Shown one piece after another: positions 24,720 through 38,135 of a stretch of 64,000 nucleotides of DNA. Every line of letters starts with the position of its first letter. The first letter of the stretch is position 1. A program made the translations under genes and the position numbers. The notes beneath the pieces are model-generated. The model worked only from the letters and a program-made list of their open reading frames with translations. It was not told where the DNA came from and ran no database searches. The stretch comes from Octopus vulgaris (lineage: Eukaryota). The stretch lies in NCBI GenBank assembly GCA_951406725.2, contig OX597822.1, positions 58,404,001-58,468,000 of the forward strand. Direction: 5' to 3'.

Positions 24720-25799
24720 GTATCTCAAGACATTTTTATGTGATATTGGTAAATATATCTGTTAAAATGAGATGTCAGTGTTATTTTCATTTTTGCGTAA
24801 TCTAGACGACAGTTTATTCACTATACCCTGAGTGGCTGTGTGGTAATTAGGTTGCTTACCAACCACATGGTTCCGGGTTCATTCCCACTGCGTGGCAACT
24901 TGGGCAAGTATCTTCTAGTATAGCCTCGGACCGACCAAAACATTGTGAGTGGATTTAGTAGACGGAAACTGAAAGAAGCCCGTCGTATGTGTGTGTGTGT
25001 GTTTGTGTGTCTGTGTTTGTACCCCCAGCATCGCTTGACAACCAATGGTGGTGTGTTTACGTCCCCGTAACTTAGCGGTTCGGCAAAAGAGACCGATAGA
25101 ATAAGTACTAGGCTTACAAAGAATAAGTCCTGGGGTCAAATGACTGAAACAAGTATATATATACAGGTGCGTGCGTGTGTGTGTGTGTGCGTGTGTGTGT
25201 GCGTGCGTGTGTGTGTGTTTGTGCGTGTGTGTGTGTGTGCGTGTGTGTGTGTGTGTGTGTGTATGTGTGTGTGTGTGTGTGTACATGACTACTACGTTGA
25301 TGTTGTCTAAAACCAACGGAAGACACCTGTTCCCGAGGCTTGAAACCACTTTTTCTCAAACAGACAAGAAATCCCAAAAAATAAAGCCAAGAAAACATGC
25401 ATACGTGCATATGTACGTACTTCGTACGTGCGTACTTACATGTGCACGCGCGTACATATGTACGGGCGTGCATACAAATAGATTTTCCTTTCTTGATAAC
25501 CTTTTTATCTAGTCGGTAAATCGTATTACTAAGTGAACGAGCCTTGGCCTGCTTATTTTTCGATGGCACAATCTTGGTGTTAATATCTCAGGATATACTT
25601 ATGCGCGCGCGCGCGGATGTTCTACAAACAGGATTCGATAAAATAAGTACCAGGCTTTAAATAGAAAAAAAACATATCAAAACAAAATAAACAGATGTAA
25701 CATCTTGAAGATTGTCCCCGCACTTCGTAGCAGGCCATTCACCGAAACTAATAAAAGAATGTGTATGTGTGTGTGTGAGTGTGTGTGGGGGGGGGTGCG

Positions 25800-25857
<58 letters not shown>

Positions 25858-25884
25858 CGTGCGTGCTATTATCTAATTCTAAAA

Positions 25885-26660
25885 GGCTGGCAGAAACGTT
25901 AGCACTCCGGGCCAAATGCTTAGTGGTATTTCGTCTGCCGTTACGTTCTGAGTTCAAATTCCGCCGAGGTCGACTTTACCTTTCATCCTTTCGGAGTCGA
26001 TTAAATAAGTACCAGTTACGCACTGGGGTCGATATAGTCAACTTAATCCGTTTGTCTGTCCTTGTTTGTCCTCTCTGTCTTTAGCCCCCTGTGGGTAGTG
26101 AAGAAATAGGTATTTCGTCTGCCGTTACGTTGTGAGTTCAAATTCCGCCGAGGTCGACTTTGCCTTTCATCTTTTCGGGGTCGATAAATTAAGTACCAGT
26201 TGTGAACTGGGATCGATGTAATCGTCTTAATCCCTTTGTCTGTCCTTGTTTGTCTCCTCTTTGTTTAGCCCCTTGTGGGCAATAAAGGAATAAGAAACGT
26301 TAGCACTCCAAGCCAAATGCTTAGCGGCGTTTCGTCTGCCGATACGTTCTGAGTTCAAATTCCGCCGAGGTCGACTTTGCCTTTCATCCTTTCGGGGTCG
26401 ATAAATTAAGAACCAGTTACGCACTGGCGTCGATGTAATCGACTTAATTCGTTTGTCTGTCCTTGTTTATCCCCTCTGTGTTTAGCCCCTTGTGGGCAGT
26501 AAAGAAATAGCATTTCATACATCTGAGTTCAAATTCCACCAATGTCGACTTCGCCAGTCGTGGTCGGTGAATTTAGTACCAGTCAAACTCTGGGGTCAAT
26601 ATAATCGATTAGCCCCTCCCCCTCTTCACAACATTTCAAGTCGTGTGCCTACAGAAGAAA
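25885..26660 (+). mobile_element. SINE family B tandem array (~4 units)
   Basis: Repeated ~170-220-bp units joined at AAGAAATAG/AAGGAATAAG. Confidence 0.85.
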
Positions 26661-26763
26661 GGATTATTGAGTTTTATAATATCTAGTTTTGATGCCACTG
26701 AAGAAAGAGCCGGTTTCAAACCTAGACTCAAAGCCCCTTCATTTCAACATCAGCAGTGTATTT

Positions 26764-26984
26764 GATATTTCTTTATTGTCCACAACTAGAGGGGACAAAC
26801 ATAGACAGACAAACGGATTAAGTCGATGACATCGACGCCAGTGCGTTACTGGTGCATAATTTATCGACCTCGAAATGATGAAAGGCAACGTCGATCTCGG
26901 CGGAATTTGAACTCAGAACGTAGCGACTGACGAAATACCGCTAAGCATTTCGTCCGGCGTACTAACGTTTCTGCCAGCTCGCCT
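26764..26984 (-). mobile_element. SINE family B with TSD
   Basis: Flanked by ACATCAGCAGTGTATTT at 26747-26763 and 26985-27001. Confidence 0.8.
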
Positions 26985-27067
26985 ACATCAGCAGTGTATT
27001 TGTGCGCGTGTGTGTATATGTGTAAGTAATTGAAGTCAGATCTGTATATTTTGTTTTATGTATGTTT

Positions 27068-27237
27068 GGGCGCAGGCATGGCCGTGTAGTAAGTCGCTTG
27101 CTTCCCAACCACATGGTTCTGGGTGACACCTTGGGCAAGTGTCTTCAACTATAGCCTCGGGGCGACCAAATCCTTGTGAGCGATTTTGGTTGAAAGAAAC
27201 TGGAAAAAGCCTTTTCGTATGCGTGAGTGTGTGTGTG

Positions 27238-27307
<70 letters not shown>

Positions 27308-27495
27308 TTTCGCCACCGCTTAACAACCGACATTGATGTGTTTACATCCAGTGACTTAGCGGTTCGGTAAAAGTAACCGAATAAGTTCCAATCTTTAAAA
27401 AAATACTGGGTTCGAGTCATTCGACTATAAATTCTTCAAGGCAGTGCACCAGCATGGCCGCAGTCAAATGACTGAAACAAGTATGAGATAGAAGA
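27068..27495 (+). mobile_element. SINE family A (tRNA head, internal (TG)n)
   Basis: GGCGCAGGCATGGCCGTGT head; CAGCATGGCCGCAGTCAAATGACTGAAACAAGT tail. Confidence 0.85.
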
Positions 27496-27533
27496 TATAC
27501 ATATAGTTGCATCTTTAGACATGTGTTCTTATA

Positions 27534-27745
27534 TACTCTTTTACTCTTTTACTTGCTTCGGGCATTTGACTGCGGCCATGCTTGGGCACCGCCTATAGTC
27601 GAGCAAATCGACCCCAGGACTTATTCTTTGTAAGCCTAGTACTTATTCTATCGGTCACTTTTGCCGGACCGCTAAGTTACGGGGACGTAAACACACCAGC
27701 ATCGGTTGTCAAGCGATGTTGAGGGGACAAGCACAGACACAAAAA

Positions 27746-27795
<50 letters not shown>

Positions 27796-27986
27796 CATAT
27801 ACACATACATATATACATATAGATATATACGACGGGATTCTTTCAGTTTCCATCTACCACAACAAGGCTTTGGTCGGCCCCACGCTATAGTAGAAGACAC
27901 TTGCCCAAGGTGCCACGCAGTGGGACTGAAGCCGGAACGATGTGTTTGGTAAGCAAGCTACTTAGCACACAGTCCCTCCTACGCCT
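27534..27986 (-). mobile_element. SINE family A
   Basis: Full-length reverse-complement copy with an internal (CA)n/(TA)n tract. Confidence 0.85.
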
Positions 27987-28345
27987 ATATGTTAAACTTT
28001 TGGAAAGTTTTACATATTCTGACAGTTCCATTGATAGCTTGTACTTGTAAGCTTCTAATTAGCCCTTTAATTTGCCGCCACACCTTATACAGCAGACTCA
28101 AAACTACTGATCCCATAAAAGCGTCGCCCGGGAGGGACCACCCTACCTGCCAGCTTCACTACTATACGTGCGCTCGCGCGTGTGTATGCATATATAGATA
28201 TATCTCTAAGTATGCATAAAATTGTAAGCAGTCTTTCACCAATGTTTATTTCAAAATACGTATAGCCCATACAGACACAACAGAATATGCTTCAAAACAC
28301 GAACTCACATAAAGAATCTCGTAAACCAAAGCCAAAAACGAAATA

Positions 28346-28769
28346 TACTCTTTACTCTTTTACTCTTTTACTTGTTTCAGTCATTTGACTGCGGCCGTGC
28401 TGGAGCACCGCCTTTAGTCGAGCAAATCGACCCCAGGACTTATTCTTTGTAAGCCCAGTACTTATTCTATCGGTCTCTCTTTTGCCGAACCGCTAAGTGA
28501 CGGGGACGTAAACACACCAGCATCGGTTGTCAAGAAATGCTAGGGGGACAAACACAGACACACAAACATATACACACACACTTATAATATATATATACAT
28601 ATATACGACGGACTTCTTTCAGTTTCCGTCTACCAAATCCACTCAAAAGGCATTGGTCGTCCCGAGGCTATAGCAGAAGACACTTGCCCAAGATGCCACG
28701 CAGTGGGACTGAACCCGGAACCATGTGGTTGGTTAGGAAGCTACTTACCACACAGCCACTCCTGCGCCT
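28346..28769 (-). mobile_element. SINE family A, well preserved
   Basis: A box TGGCTGTGTGG, B box GGTTCAGTCCC, (GTAAAAGA)n tail. Confidence 0.9.
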
Positions 28770-29399
28770 ACAGCTCATATTTTTTTTTTTTTTTTCAATT
28801 TCTCCGTAAGTTTTTGTGTATGATTTTATGTATGCATATTACCAAAACAGCAAATAAAAGTTGATGGAATAATGAAATCATTTATCATCAATCCTGAAGC
28901 AACGTGTAATTCAAATGCTGAAGTGACGATTAACAAAATCCTGGGACTAAAGCCTAAAACGGTTACCTAGTCATAATTAAAAGTTCCATCATCTCAGATG
29001 GTTCAAGTGACAATAAACACATGCTAGTTTGTTTTTTGTTTTTTTATGCTGGCCCATCATATAAAAAAGAAAAGAAAATGACTTATTTTTCATTACAACG
29101 CGACACTCCTGGACAACGTCTAATATGTGTTTTCATTGCAAAAGTAATGACTATTCGAACTCATCAATGAACGATGGTTGATTATTCTGTATGTTCTTTG
29201 TTTTATAGGCAAAATATGTTTAAAACCGTTGGATTTTCCCATTTACCATTTTTAGGTGCTTCTAATACAAGGTGAGTAGTTTTGTCCTTATCAACCTCTC
29301 TAAAACAACTACCTAAACAGCTAAAAATAAAATTTAAAAAAAACTCTGCCACCACCAACATCTCCCATATCATCACAATAACCACTACTAACACAGTCA

Positions 29400-29731
29400 C
29401 CACTACACAACCACCAATACAACCACTGTTACCATCACAACTACTACCATCACATGCAGGCCTGCCACCACCCTGACCTCCATCACCACCACAAACACCA
29501 ACACCATTAACACTATCACCACCACCGCCACTACTACTACTACTACTACTCCCACCACCACCACTACCGCCACAGCCACTACTACTACTACTACCACCAC
29601 CACCACTACCGCCACAGCCACTACTACTACTACCACCACCACTACCGCGACAGCCACTACTACTACTACTACCACCACCACCACTACCGCCACAGCCACT
29701 ACTACTACTACCACCACCACTACCGCCACAG

Positions 29732-29771
<40 letters not shown>

Positions 29772-29858
29772 AACTACTACTACTATCACCACCACTACCG
29801 CCACTGCCACTACTACTACCACCACCACTGCTGTTACTACTACTACTACTACTACTAC
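29400..29858. repeat. Compound (ACT)n/(ACC)n tract with a higher-order unit
   Basis: Recurring ACTACCGCCACAGCC spacer between ACT and ACC runs. Confidence 0.9.
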
Positions 29859-30001
29859 CTTTATTTACATGGCATCAAAGATATATCTTTACTTCAATAT
29901 CATTTATTAATATCTCTATCTAATATGAAACGGCAGAAGTTCTGATCGGCGCCGACTCAGCAGGATAAAAGCGTTGTCTTGGACAATAAAATATCTTCTG
30001 T

Positions 30002-30055
<54 letters not shown>

Positions 30056-30251
30056 ATGTGTGTGTGCGTCTGTATGTGTGTGTGTGTGAGCGATTGAGTG
30101 CACGCACGCATGCACACCCTCTTTTTATACACTAATATAATCGGACTAGTAACCCTGTCTTGGTTGTTACAGAAATAAAACCCCTGATGAGGACTCTAGA
30201 CTGAACTAATTGGTGTAAAATAATATCTTTTTATTTCAAAAATTCATACAG

Positions 30252-30309
<58 letters not shown>

Positions 30310-30460
30310 ATTCAGATGAATATGGTACTTAAGTCAAAGGTATTATCCATATAAATCAAATGGGTGATTATAATCAAAATAAGCAACAAGTATATCCGAG
30401 GTAGAGTAGTACAATTGTTTCATACTAATCTACCTCGGATATACTTGTTGCTTATTTTGG

Positions 30461-30518
<58 letters not shown>

Positions 30519-30519
30519 G

Positions 30520-30587
<68 letters not shown>

Positions 30588-31589
30588 CATACATACATAA
30601 ATATATACATGCATACATATATATAGAGAGAGAGTGAGAATATATGAAAATGGAATTCAAGAGATTCTTTATTATCTACTACGATCGTTTCGTCCCATCG
30701 TGCGCCGATGACATGAGGTAGCCGAATACTGCGAACGAACCTTACGCGGCATATTACGAGGTGTATACCTGAATATATATATATATATATATATAATATA
30801 TATGCCCGACGTACTATTTCTGCCAGCCCGCCGCCTTCATTAATAATGCCACCAACAAACGTATGGCATACAAATTAGCCTATTTAATAAGGCTAAGTTT
30901 GTGTTTGATTTAAATATACCTATTTCCTGTAATTCTCTAGTGGTCAGAGAAGTGAGGGCATAACTGAAAAAATGCCTTATGTAATTCCTATTAAGATAAT
31001 AAAAAAATAAAGAACTAAAAGAACCCGTTATGTAAGCTACATTTAATAAAATGAAAATATAGTCGGAACGAACTTCATCAGAACTAAATTATTTCACGAC
31101 AAAAAATTACGCCATCAAACGACAATTATTGAACATAAGAGGAAGCAACTGTAAAAATATGTAAAACATACCGGAAGTGAGACCTGCAATAAATACATAT
31201 ACCTACATATAGAAACACATACACATGTATATACGTGTATATGTGCATATTGCCAAGTTAGAATATGGAGATTCACTCTTACAGTGACATGCTGGCATGC
31301 GCACCTACACGAATAACTAGTTGATGAGTAAATTCTAATGAAACGACATTCTTGAAAACCGGCGAGAAATGTTTAAAAATAAAATCAGAGGAAAATGAAA
31401 CTATAAAAATATGTGTAACATTTTAGACATTTAACCTGTAGTAAGTATTAGTAACCTGTAGTAAGTATTAGTAACTTGTAGTAAGTACTAATACTTATAC
31501 TACGTATTTACATACCACCATGTGTATACGTACACGTAATAGGTATAAGAATATACATCTGCATATATGATAACATACACGCATGCACA

Positions 31590-31625
<36 letters not shown>

Positions 31626-31772
31626 TATGCAGATACATACCTACGTGTTTACCTAATTGGTTTTACCGAAATGTCAATGTAAGAATCTCGCTTCTGAAGT
31701 AGAAATTGGTTCTTTCTCCGTCGGTGAGAAATTCTTAAAATAAACCTTAAGAGCATACACACTCCTCCATAT

Positions 31773-32076
<304 letters not shown>

Positions 32077-32103
32077 GTATGCATGTAGGTATAAAAAATC
32101 TTT

Positions 32104-32502
32104 AGGAATGGCTGTGTGATAAGTAGCTTGCTTACCAACCACATGGTTCCGGGTTCAGTCCCACTGCGTAGCACCTTGGGCAAGTGTCTTCTACTATAGC
32201 TTCGGGCCGACCAAAGCCTTGTGAGTGGATTTGGTAGACGGAAACTGAAAGAAGCTAGTCGTATATATGTATATGTATATATATGTGTGTGTGTGTGTGT
32301 TTGTATGTCTGTGTTTGTTCCCCCAACACCACTTGACAACCGATGCTGGTGTGTTTACGTCCCCGTAACTTAGCAGTTTGGCAAAAGAGACCGATAGAAT
32401 AAGTACTAGGCTTACGAAGAATAAGTCCTGGGGTCGATTTGCTCAACTAAAGACGGTGCTCCAGCATGGCCGCAGTCAAATGACTCAAACAAGTAAAAGA
32501 GT
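32104..32502 (+). mobile_element. SINE family A
   Basis: Full-length match to the family pattern. Confidence 0.85.
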
Positions 32503-33022
32503 ATCCTCCAATGCGATGTTGAGCACTCATTCGCATTGTTCGACATTTACGTATGTGTGTGTGTGTATACATACACACTCAATTCTCTTTTTGCACGGTT
32601 TTGAAATAGCACAGTCCAACAAAAAGAACCGATTATTTTTTTTGTACTATTTTTTAAAAACTCAGTTTAAACATCTGTCCTTGTGTGACCACTGAATTTA
32701 TTGCAAGTGGCAAGTAAATGGTTAAGTTACATCAACCAATTTTAATTTACAAAACGCCGAAACTCTATATAACATGATTAAGTAACAATTTAGTGAAGTA
32801 AAATACGATCCAATCTATTTTTTTTCCATATAATGATCCTACACTTTGCGGTTAGGGCGGGACCTATTCACTGTACATACCTCTGGTTGCATGTAACCGC
32901 TCGATCAGACGCCACGCGGTGGCAGTCGTTAGCATCGGGTCTAATACGAAAGACATGTCGCGTGTTTCATTCTCTGCTGTATTTTTTTATTTGCGATCAT
33001 GATAGTGATAACCTACCCCAAA

Positions 33023-35650
33023 ATGTCGACTGATACATCTAAGAAAAATAAAAGAGCATCAATTTCTTTGGAGACCAAGATCAATATTTTGGATCGTCTT
33101 CGTAAGGGTGAAAGTGCAGCGTCCTTGGGTAGAGCTTTCTGCCTGATCGAAGCTACAATGAACGATCAAAAAGAGTGATGCTGCCATTAGAAGATCTGTA
33201 GCTTCTGGAACAAAATTATCTGCGAAGTCGTCGTCATATACAAGAGACATAATTCAAGAAAAAATGGAGAAAGCTTTAATAATATGGATAGAAGAAATCA
33301 AAAAAAAAAAAAAAGGATACCTGTATATGGTAAAACCATAAAACAGATGACATTACGATTTTACGTGAAGATTTTACGTCATCAAGTGCATTACATCTGT
33401 CTAGTCTGTCTAGTGATAAAAAGGAGAATGAATTTGCTGCAAGAACGAGATGGCTTACAAAATACCTAGAAAGACACGCACTACATAATATAAAAATGAG
33501 AGGTGAAATTTCATCGGCAGAAAGGACTGCTGCTGAAAAATTTCTTCCAGAACTAGTCAAAATAATTAAAGAAGGCGGTTACATTTCAGACTTAGTTTTG
33601 AACGCAGATGAAACTGGTCTCTTTTGGGAAAAAAATGCCAAATAGAACGAATACAGCAAAATCAGAAAAAAGTGCCAATGGTTTTAAGGCAGCTAAAGAC
33701 TGTGTAACTTTCTTGTTATGTAGCAGCTCTTCAGGAGATTGTTTGTTAAAACCATTATTAATTAATCGATCAGTTCGTCCGCATGCAATGAAAGGCGTAG
33801 ACTTAAGTAAAATACCAGTTCATTGGAGAGCCAATAAAATATCATGGATGACAGCAGAAATATTTACTGAATGGTTTAACAACTGCTTCGTTCCGAAAGT
33901 AAGAAGATATATGGAAGATAAAGGTCTGGAGACCAAGATCAATATTTTGGATTGTCTTCGTAAGGGCGAAAGTGCAGCGTCCTTGGGTAGAGCCTTCTGC
34001 CTGAACGAAGCTACGATGAGAACGATAAAAAGGAATGATGCTGCCATTAGAAGATCTGTAGCTTCTGGAACAAAATTATCTGCGAAGTCGTCGTCATATA
34101 CAAGAGACATAATTCAAGAAAAAATGGAGAAAGCTTTAATAATATGGATAGAAGAAAAAAAAAAAAAAAGGATACCTGTATATGGTAAAACCATAAAACA
34201 GATGACATTACGATTTTATGTGAAGATTTTACGTCATCAAGTGCATTACATCTGTCTAGTCTGTCTAGTGATAAAAAGGAGAATGAATTTGCTGCAAGAA
34301 CGAGATGGCTTACAAAATACCTAGAAAGACACGCACTACATAATATAAAAATGAGAGGTGAAATTTCATCGGCAGAAAGGACTGCTGCTGAAAAATTTCT
34401 TCCAGAACTAGTCAAAATAATTAAAGAAGGCGGTTACATTTCAGACTTAGTTTTGAACGCAGATGAAACTGGTCTCTTTTGAGAAAAAATGCCAACTAGA
34501 ACGAATACAGCAAAATCAGAAAAAAGTGCCAATGGTTTTAAGGCAGCTAAAGACTGTGTAACTTTCTTGTTATGTAGCAGCTCTTCAGGAGATTGTTTGT
34601 TAAAACCATTATTAATTAATCGATCAGTTCGTCCGCATGCAATGAAAGGCGTAGACTTAAGTAAAATACCAGTTCATTGGAGAGCCAATAAAATATCATG
34701 GATGACAGCAGAAATATTTACTGAATGGTTTAACAACTGCTTCGTTCCGAAAGTAAGAAGATATATGGAAGATAAAGGTCTTGAGTTTAAAGTCCTATTA
34801 CTTATAGACAATGCACCCGGTCATCTTGATTTGGAACACCTGAATGCAAAAGTCACCTAATACAACATCGCTAATTCAACCGCTTGATCAGGGTATAATT
34901 TCAAAATTCAAATCATATTATATCCAGCGAACATTTAGATGAAGTAGAAAAAGATGGTACATTTTCAATTATTCAAGCATGGAAAAAATTTACTACAATT
35001 AATGGTATTATATATGCTGCCATGGCTTTATCCAAATTAAAGCCGTCCACCCTAAATGCATGCCGGAGATCACTTTGGCCAGAATGTGTAAAGCCTAAAA
35101 TCTCGTTTCTAATATAAATACAAATGAATTACATTCTGATATCATCACTTTGTCACATCAGATTGACTGAGAAGGTTTTGAAGAATTAACAGTTGAAGAC
35201 ATTGCAGAATTAATAATCGACGAAGCTCCTAATGAAGAACAAATTGTAGAGAGTATTTCAGAGAATGTATGTGATTCCACGTTAGTGGAATCTCTTCTTC
35301 ATCATCACTACTATAAACTATCTGCAAATGTAATTCTAGAAGGCCTCCAAAATAGCCAATAAACTTGGAAATCATTTTCTTACAAATGACAACAATATTG
35401 AACGAGCTGTACAGTTCCAATGTGATTTGAAAATGATTATGGGACGTTATGAAGAATCATATAAAGAACAAACAAAAATAAAATCACAGCATCTGATAAA
35501 TGAATTCGTATTCAAAACCAGTGAAACAAAAGAAACACAAGATGTTAATTTTATTCAAGATACATATGAAGATATATTGCCATTAAATATTTCTATTGAC
35601 GAGAGTGATTTTGCACCACCGAAGAACAACAGAAAGCAGGCACGTTTACT
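33023..35650 (+). pseudogene. Tigger/pogo (CENP-B-like) transposase pseudogene
   Basis: MSTDTSKKNKRASISLETKINILDRLRKGES HTH start; LNADETGLF, LLLIDNAPGH and SLIQPLDQG catalytic motifs; frameshifts and stops. Confidence 0.9.
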
Positions 35651-35659
35651 GTCTAGTAC

Positions 35660-35819
35660 TGGAGTGGCCGTGTGGTCAGTAGCTTGCTTACCAACCACAT
35701 GGTTCCGGGTTCATTCCCACTGCATGGCACCTTGGGTAAGTGTCTTTTACTATAGCCTCGGGCCGACCAAAGCCTTGTGAGTGGATTTGGTTGACAAAAA
35801 CTGAAAGAAGCCCGTTGTA

Positions 35820-35889
<70 letters not shown>

Positions 35890-36135
35890 TGTATGTATGT
35901 ATGTATGTATGTATGTGTGTGTGTGTGTATATGTTTGTGTCTGTGTTTGTCCCCCAGCATCGCTTGACAACCGATGGTGGTGTATTTATGTCCCCGTAAC
36001 TTAGCGGTTCAGCAAAAGACCGCCGATAGAATAAGTACTAGGCTTCCAAAGAATAAGTCCTGGGGTCGATTTGCTCGACTAAAAGCGATGCCCCAGCATG
36101 GCCGCAGTCAAATGACTAAAACAAGTAAAAGTAAA
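35660..36135 (+). mobile_element. SINE family A nested in the Tigger
   Basis: Family match with internal (TA)n(TATG)n. Confidence 0.85.
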
Positions 36136-36371
36136 AAAGTAAAGTAATAATAAAGAAGTAAATGGGATAGTTATCCACTTTATACAGCACAACTAACTAG
36201 CGCTCTAATAGAGCTTCAGGAATATAAAATTAAGAAAGAGAGAAACAAACTTCAAAGGTCAATATTCATCTCCATTCAATACATTTCAAATTGTCGGAAT
36301 TCTCCACAATATACATAGATACAATCACATATATAAGATATGGTAAGAATTCATAGGAATTTATTAACATA

Positions 36372-37003
36372 GGCGCAGGAGTGGCTGTGTGGTAAGTAGC
36401 TTGTTTACCAACCACATGGCTCCGTGTTCAGTCCCACTGCGTGGCACCTTGGGCAAGTGTCTTCTACTATAGCCTCGGGCCGACCAAAGCCTTGTGAGTG
36501 GATTTGGTAGACGGAAACTGAAAGAAGCTCGTCGTATATATGTATATATATATATATATATGCGTGTGTGTATTTGTGTCTGTGTTTGTTCCCCTAGCAT
36601 TGCTTGACAACCGATGCTGGTGTATTTGTGTCCCCGTTACTTCGCAGTTCGGCTAAAGACACCGATAGAATAAGTACTGGGCTTACAAAAGAATAAGTCC
36701 CGGGGTCGAGTTGCTCGATTAAAGTCGGTGCTCCAGTATGGCCGCAGTCAAATGGCTGAAACAAGTAAAAAGAGAAAAAAAAAAAGAGATATAAATATAT
36801 GAAGATTTATAAATATGTAAAAATTCATCGTTTGACAACCGATGCTGGTGTGTTTACGTCCCCGTAACTTAGCGGTTCGGCAAAAAAAGACCGACAGAAT
36901 AAGTAGTAGGCTTACAAAGAATAAGTCCTGGGGGTCGATTTGCTCGACTAAAGGCGGTGCTCCAGCATGGCCACAGTCAAATGACTGAAACAAGTGAAAG
37001 AGT
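36372..37003 (+). mobile_element. SINE family A full copy (36372-36775) plus a 3'-half copy (36826-37003)
   Basis: Family match. Confidence 0.85.
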
Positions 37004-37155
37004 ATATAAACATAAATATAAATACATAGAAGTACTTGCGAAGTTGAATGTCCGTATTAGAATCGATGAGGATGGTAGATGAGAAAGTTAGTATAAAATG
37101 ATTTAAGAGGAATCCTGAATAAGTGCAAAGTCTGACGGCCGTTTCGGGAAGATAT

Positions 37156-37537
37156 GGGATATGATGGAAGCACTCCGTCGGTTACGACGACGAGGGTTCC
37201 GGTTGATCCGATCAACGGAACAGCCAGCTCGTGAAATTAACGTGTAAGTGGCTGAGCACTCCACAGACACGTGTACCCTTAACGTAGTTCTCAGGGAGAT
37301 TCAGCGTGACACAGAGAGTGACAAGGTACAATACAGGTACAACAGAAACAGGAAGTAAGAGTGAGAGAAAGTTGTGGTGAAAGAGTACAGCAGGGATCAC
37401 CACCATCCCTGCCGGAGCCTCGTGGAGCTTTAGGTGTTTTCGCTCAATAAACACTCACAACGCCCGGTCTGGGAATCGAAACCGCGATCCTACGACCGCG
37501 AGTCCGCTGCCCTAACCACTGGGCCATTGCGCCTCCG
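37156..37537 (-). mobile_element. SINE family D, full length with 12-bp TSD
   Basis: TSD TCGGGAAGATAT at 37144-37155 and 37538-37549; tRNA-like head GGAGGCGCAATGGCCCAGTGGTTAGGGCAGCGG. Confidence 0.85.
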
Positions 37538-38097
37538 TCGGGAAGATATAGGTTGGTATGGGCGAGCTAACTCCAACCATAGCAATTATCAATACTTCTC
37601 TCATCAGAGTTAAAAGATGCAAAGAGTTGTAAAAATTTTAAGGGACATGAAAGATTTGAGAATTTTTAACAAACGAATGTTTTGTCGGACCATACTGTTC
37701 ATGCGAATGATATATTTAGAATTAAACTTAGATTTTTATATATTTATGAGATTTTATATATTTATAAATCTTCGTATATTTATATATATATAAATTTTTA
37801 TGAATTTTTACCATATCTTACATATGTGAATGTATCAAATTCCTACAATTTGAAATGGATTGAATGAATATGAATATAGACCTTTGAAATTTGTTTTTCT
37901 CCTTCTTAATTATGTGCGCGCGCGCGTGTGTGTGTACATATACATATATAAAATTCAATTTATTTGTATATGAAAATTATCATATTGGATGAAACCTATC
38001 TCTAATTTTCTTACATACACTGTATATATTTTTACACGGTTTTATTTTGCACTGTAGTCTCTAGAACGTATCCCCCGAGCGAAAAGAGAATTGAGTG

Positions 38098-38135
<38 letters not shown>

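Larger units (their letters stand above)
36234..37905. mobile_element. TTAA-flanked fold-back element (Kolobok-like), nested in the Tigger
   Basis: 36234-36365 plus 36787-36826 are the inverted counterpart of ~37740-37905; TTAA on both sides; purine-purine 5' termini. Confidence 0.6.
32576..38097 (+). mobile_element. pogo/Tigger DNA transposon with internal duplication and nested insertions
   Basis: TIRs CACTCAATTCTCTTTTTGCACGG (32576) and CCGAGCGAAAAGAGAATTGAGTG (ends 38097, followed by TA). Confidence 0.8.

Noticed and set aside
29403-29858. Poly-Val (minus) or mucin-like Thr/Ala (plus) reading frames
   Set aside because: Trinucleotide repeat with no credible start, splice context or flanking coding sequence.
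31431-31490. Short tandem direct repeats (also ~7530-7600) that could suggest a CRISPR-like array
   Set aside because: Contiguous ~20-bp units with no unique spacers, in eukaryotic DNA.
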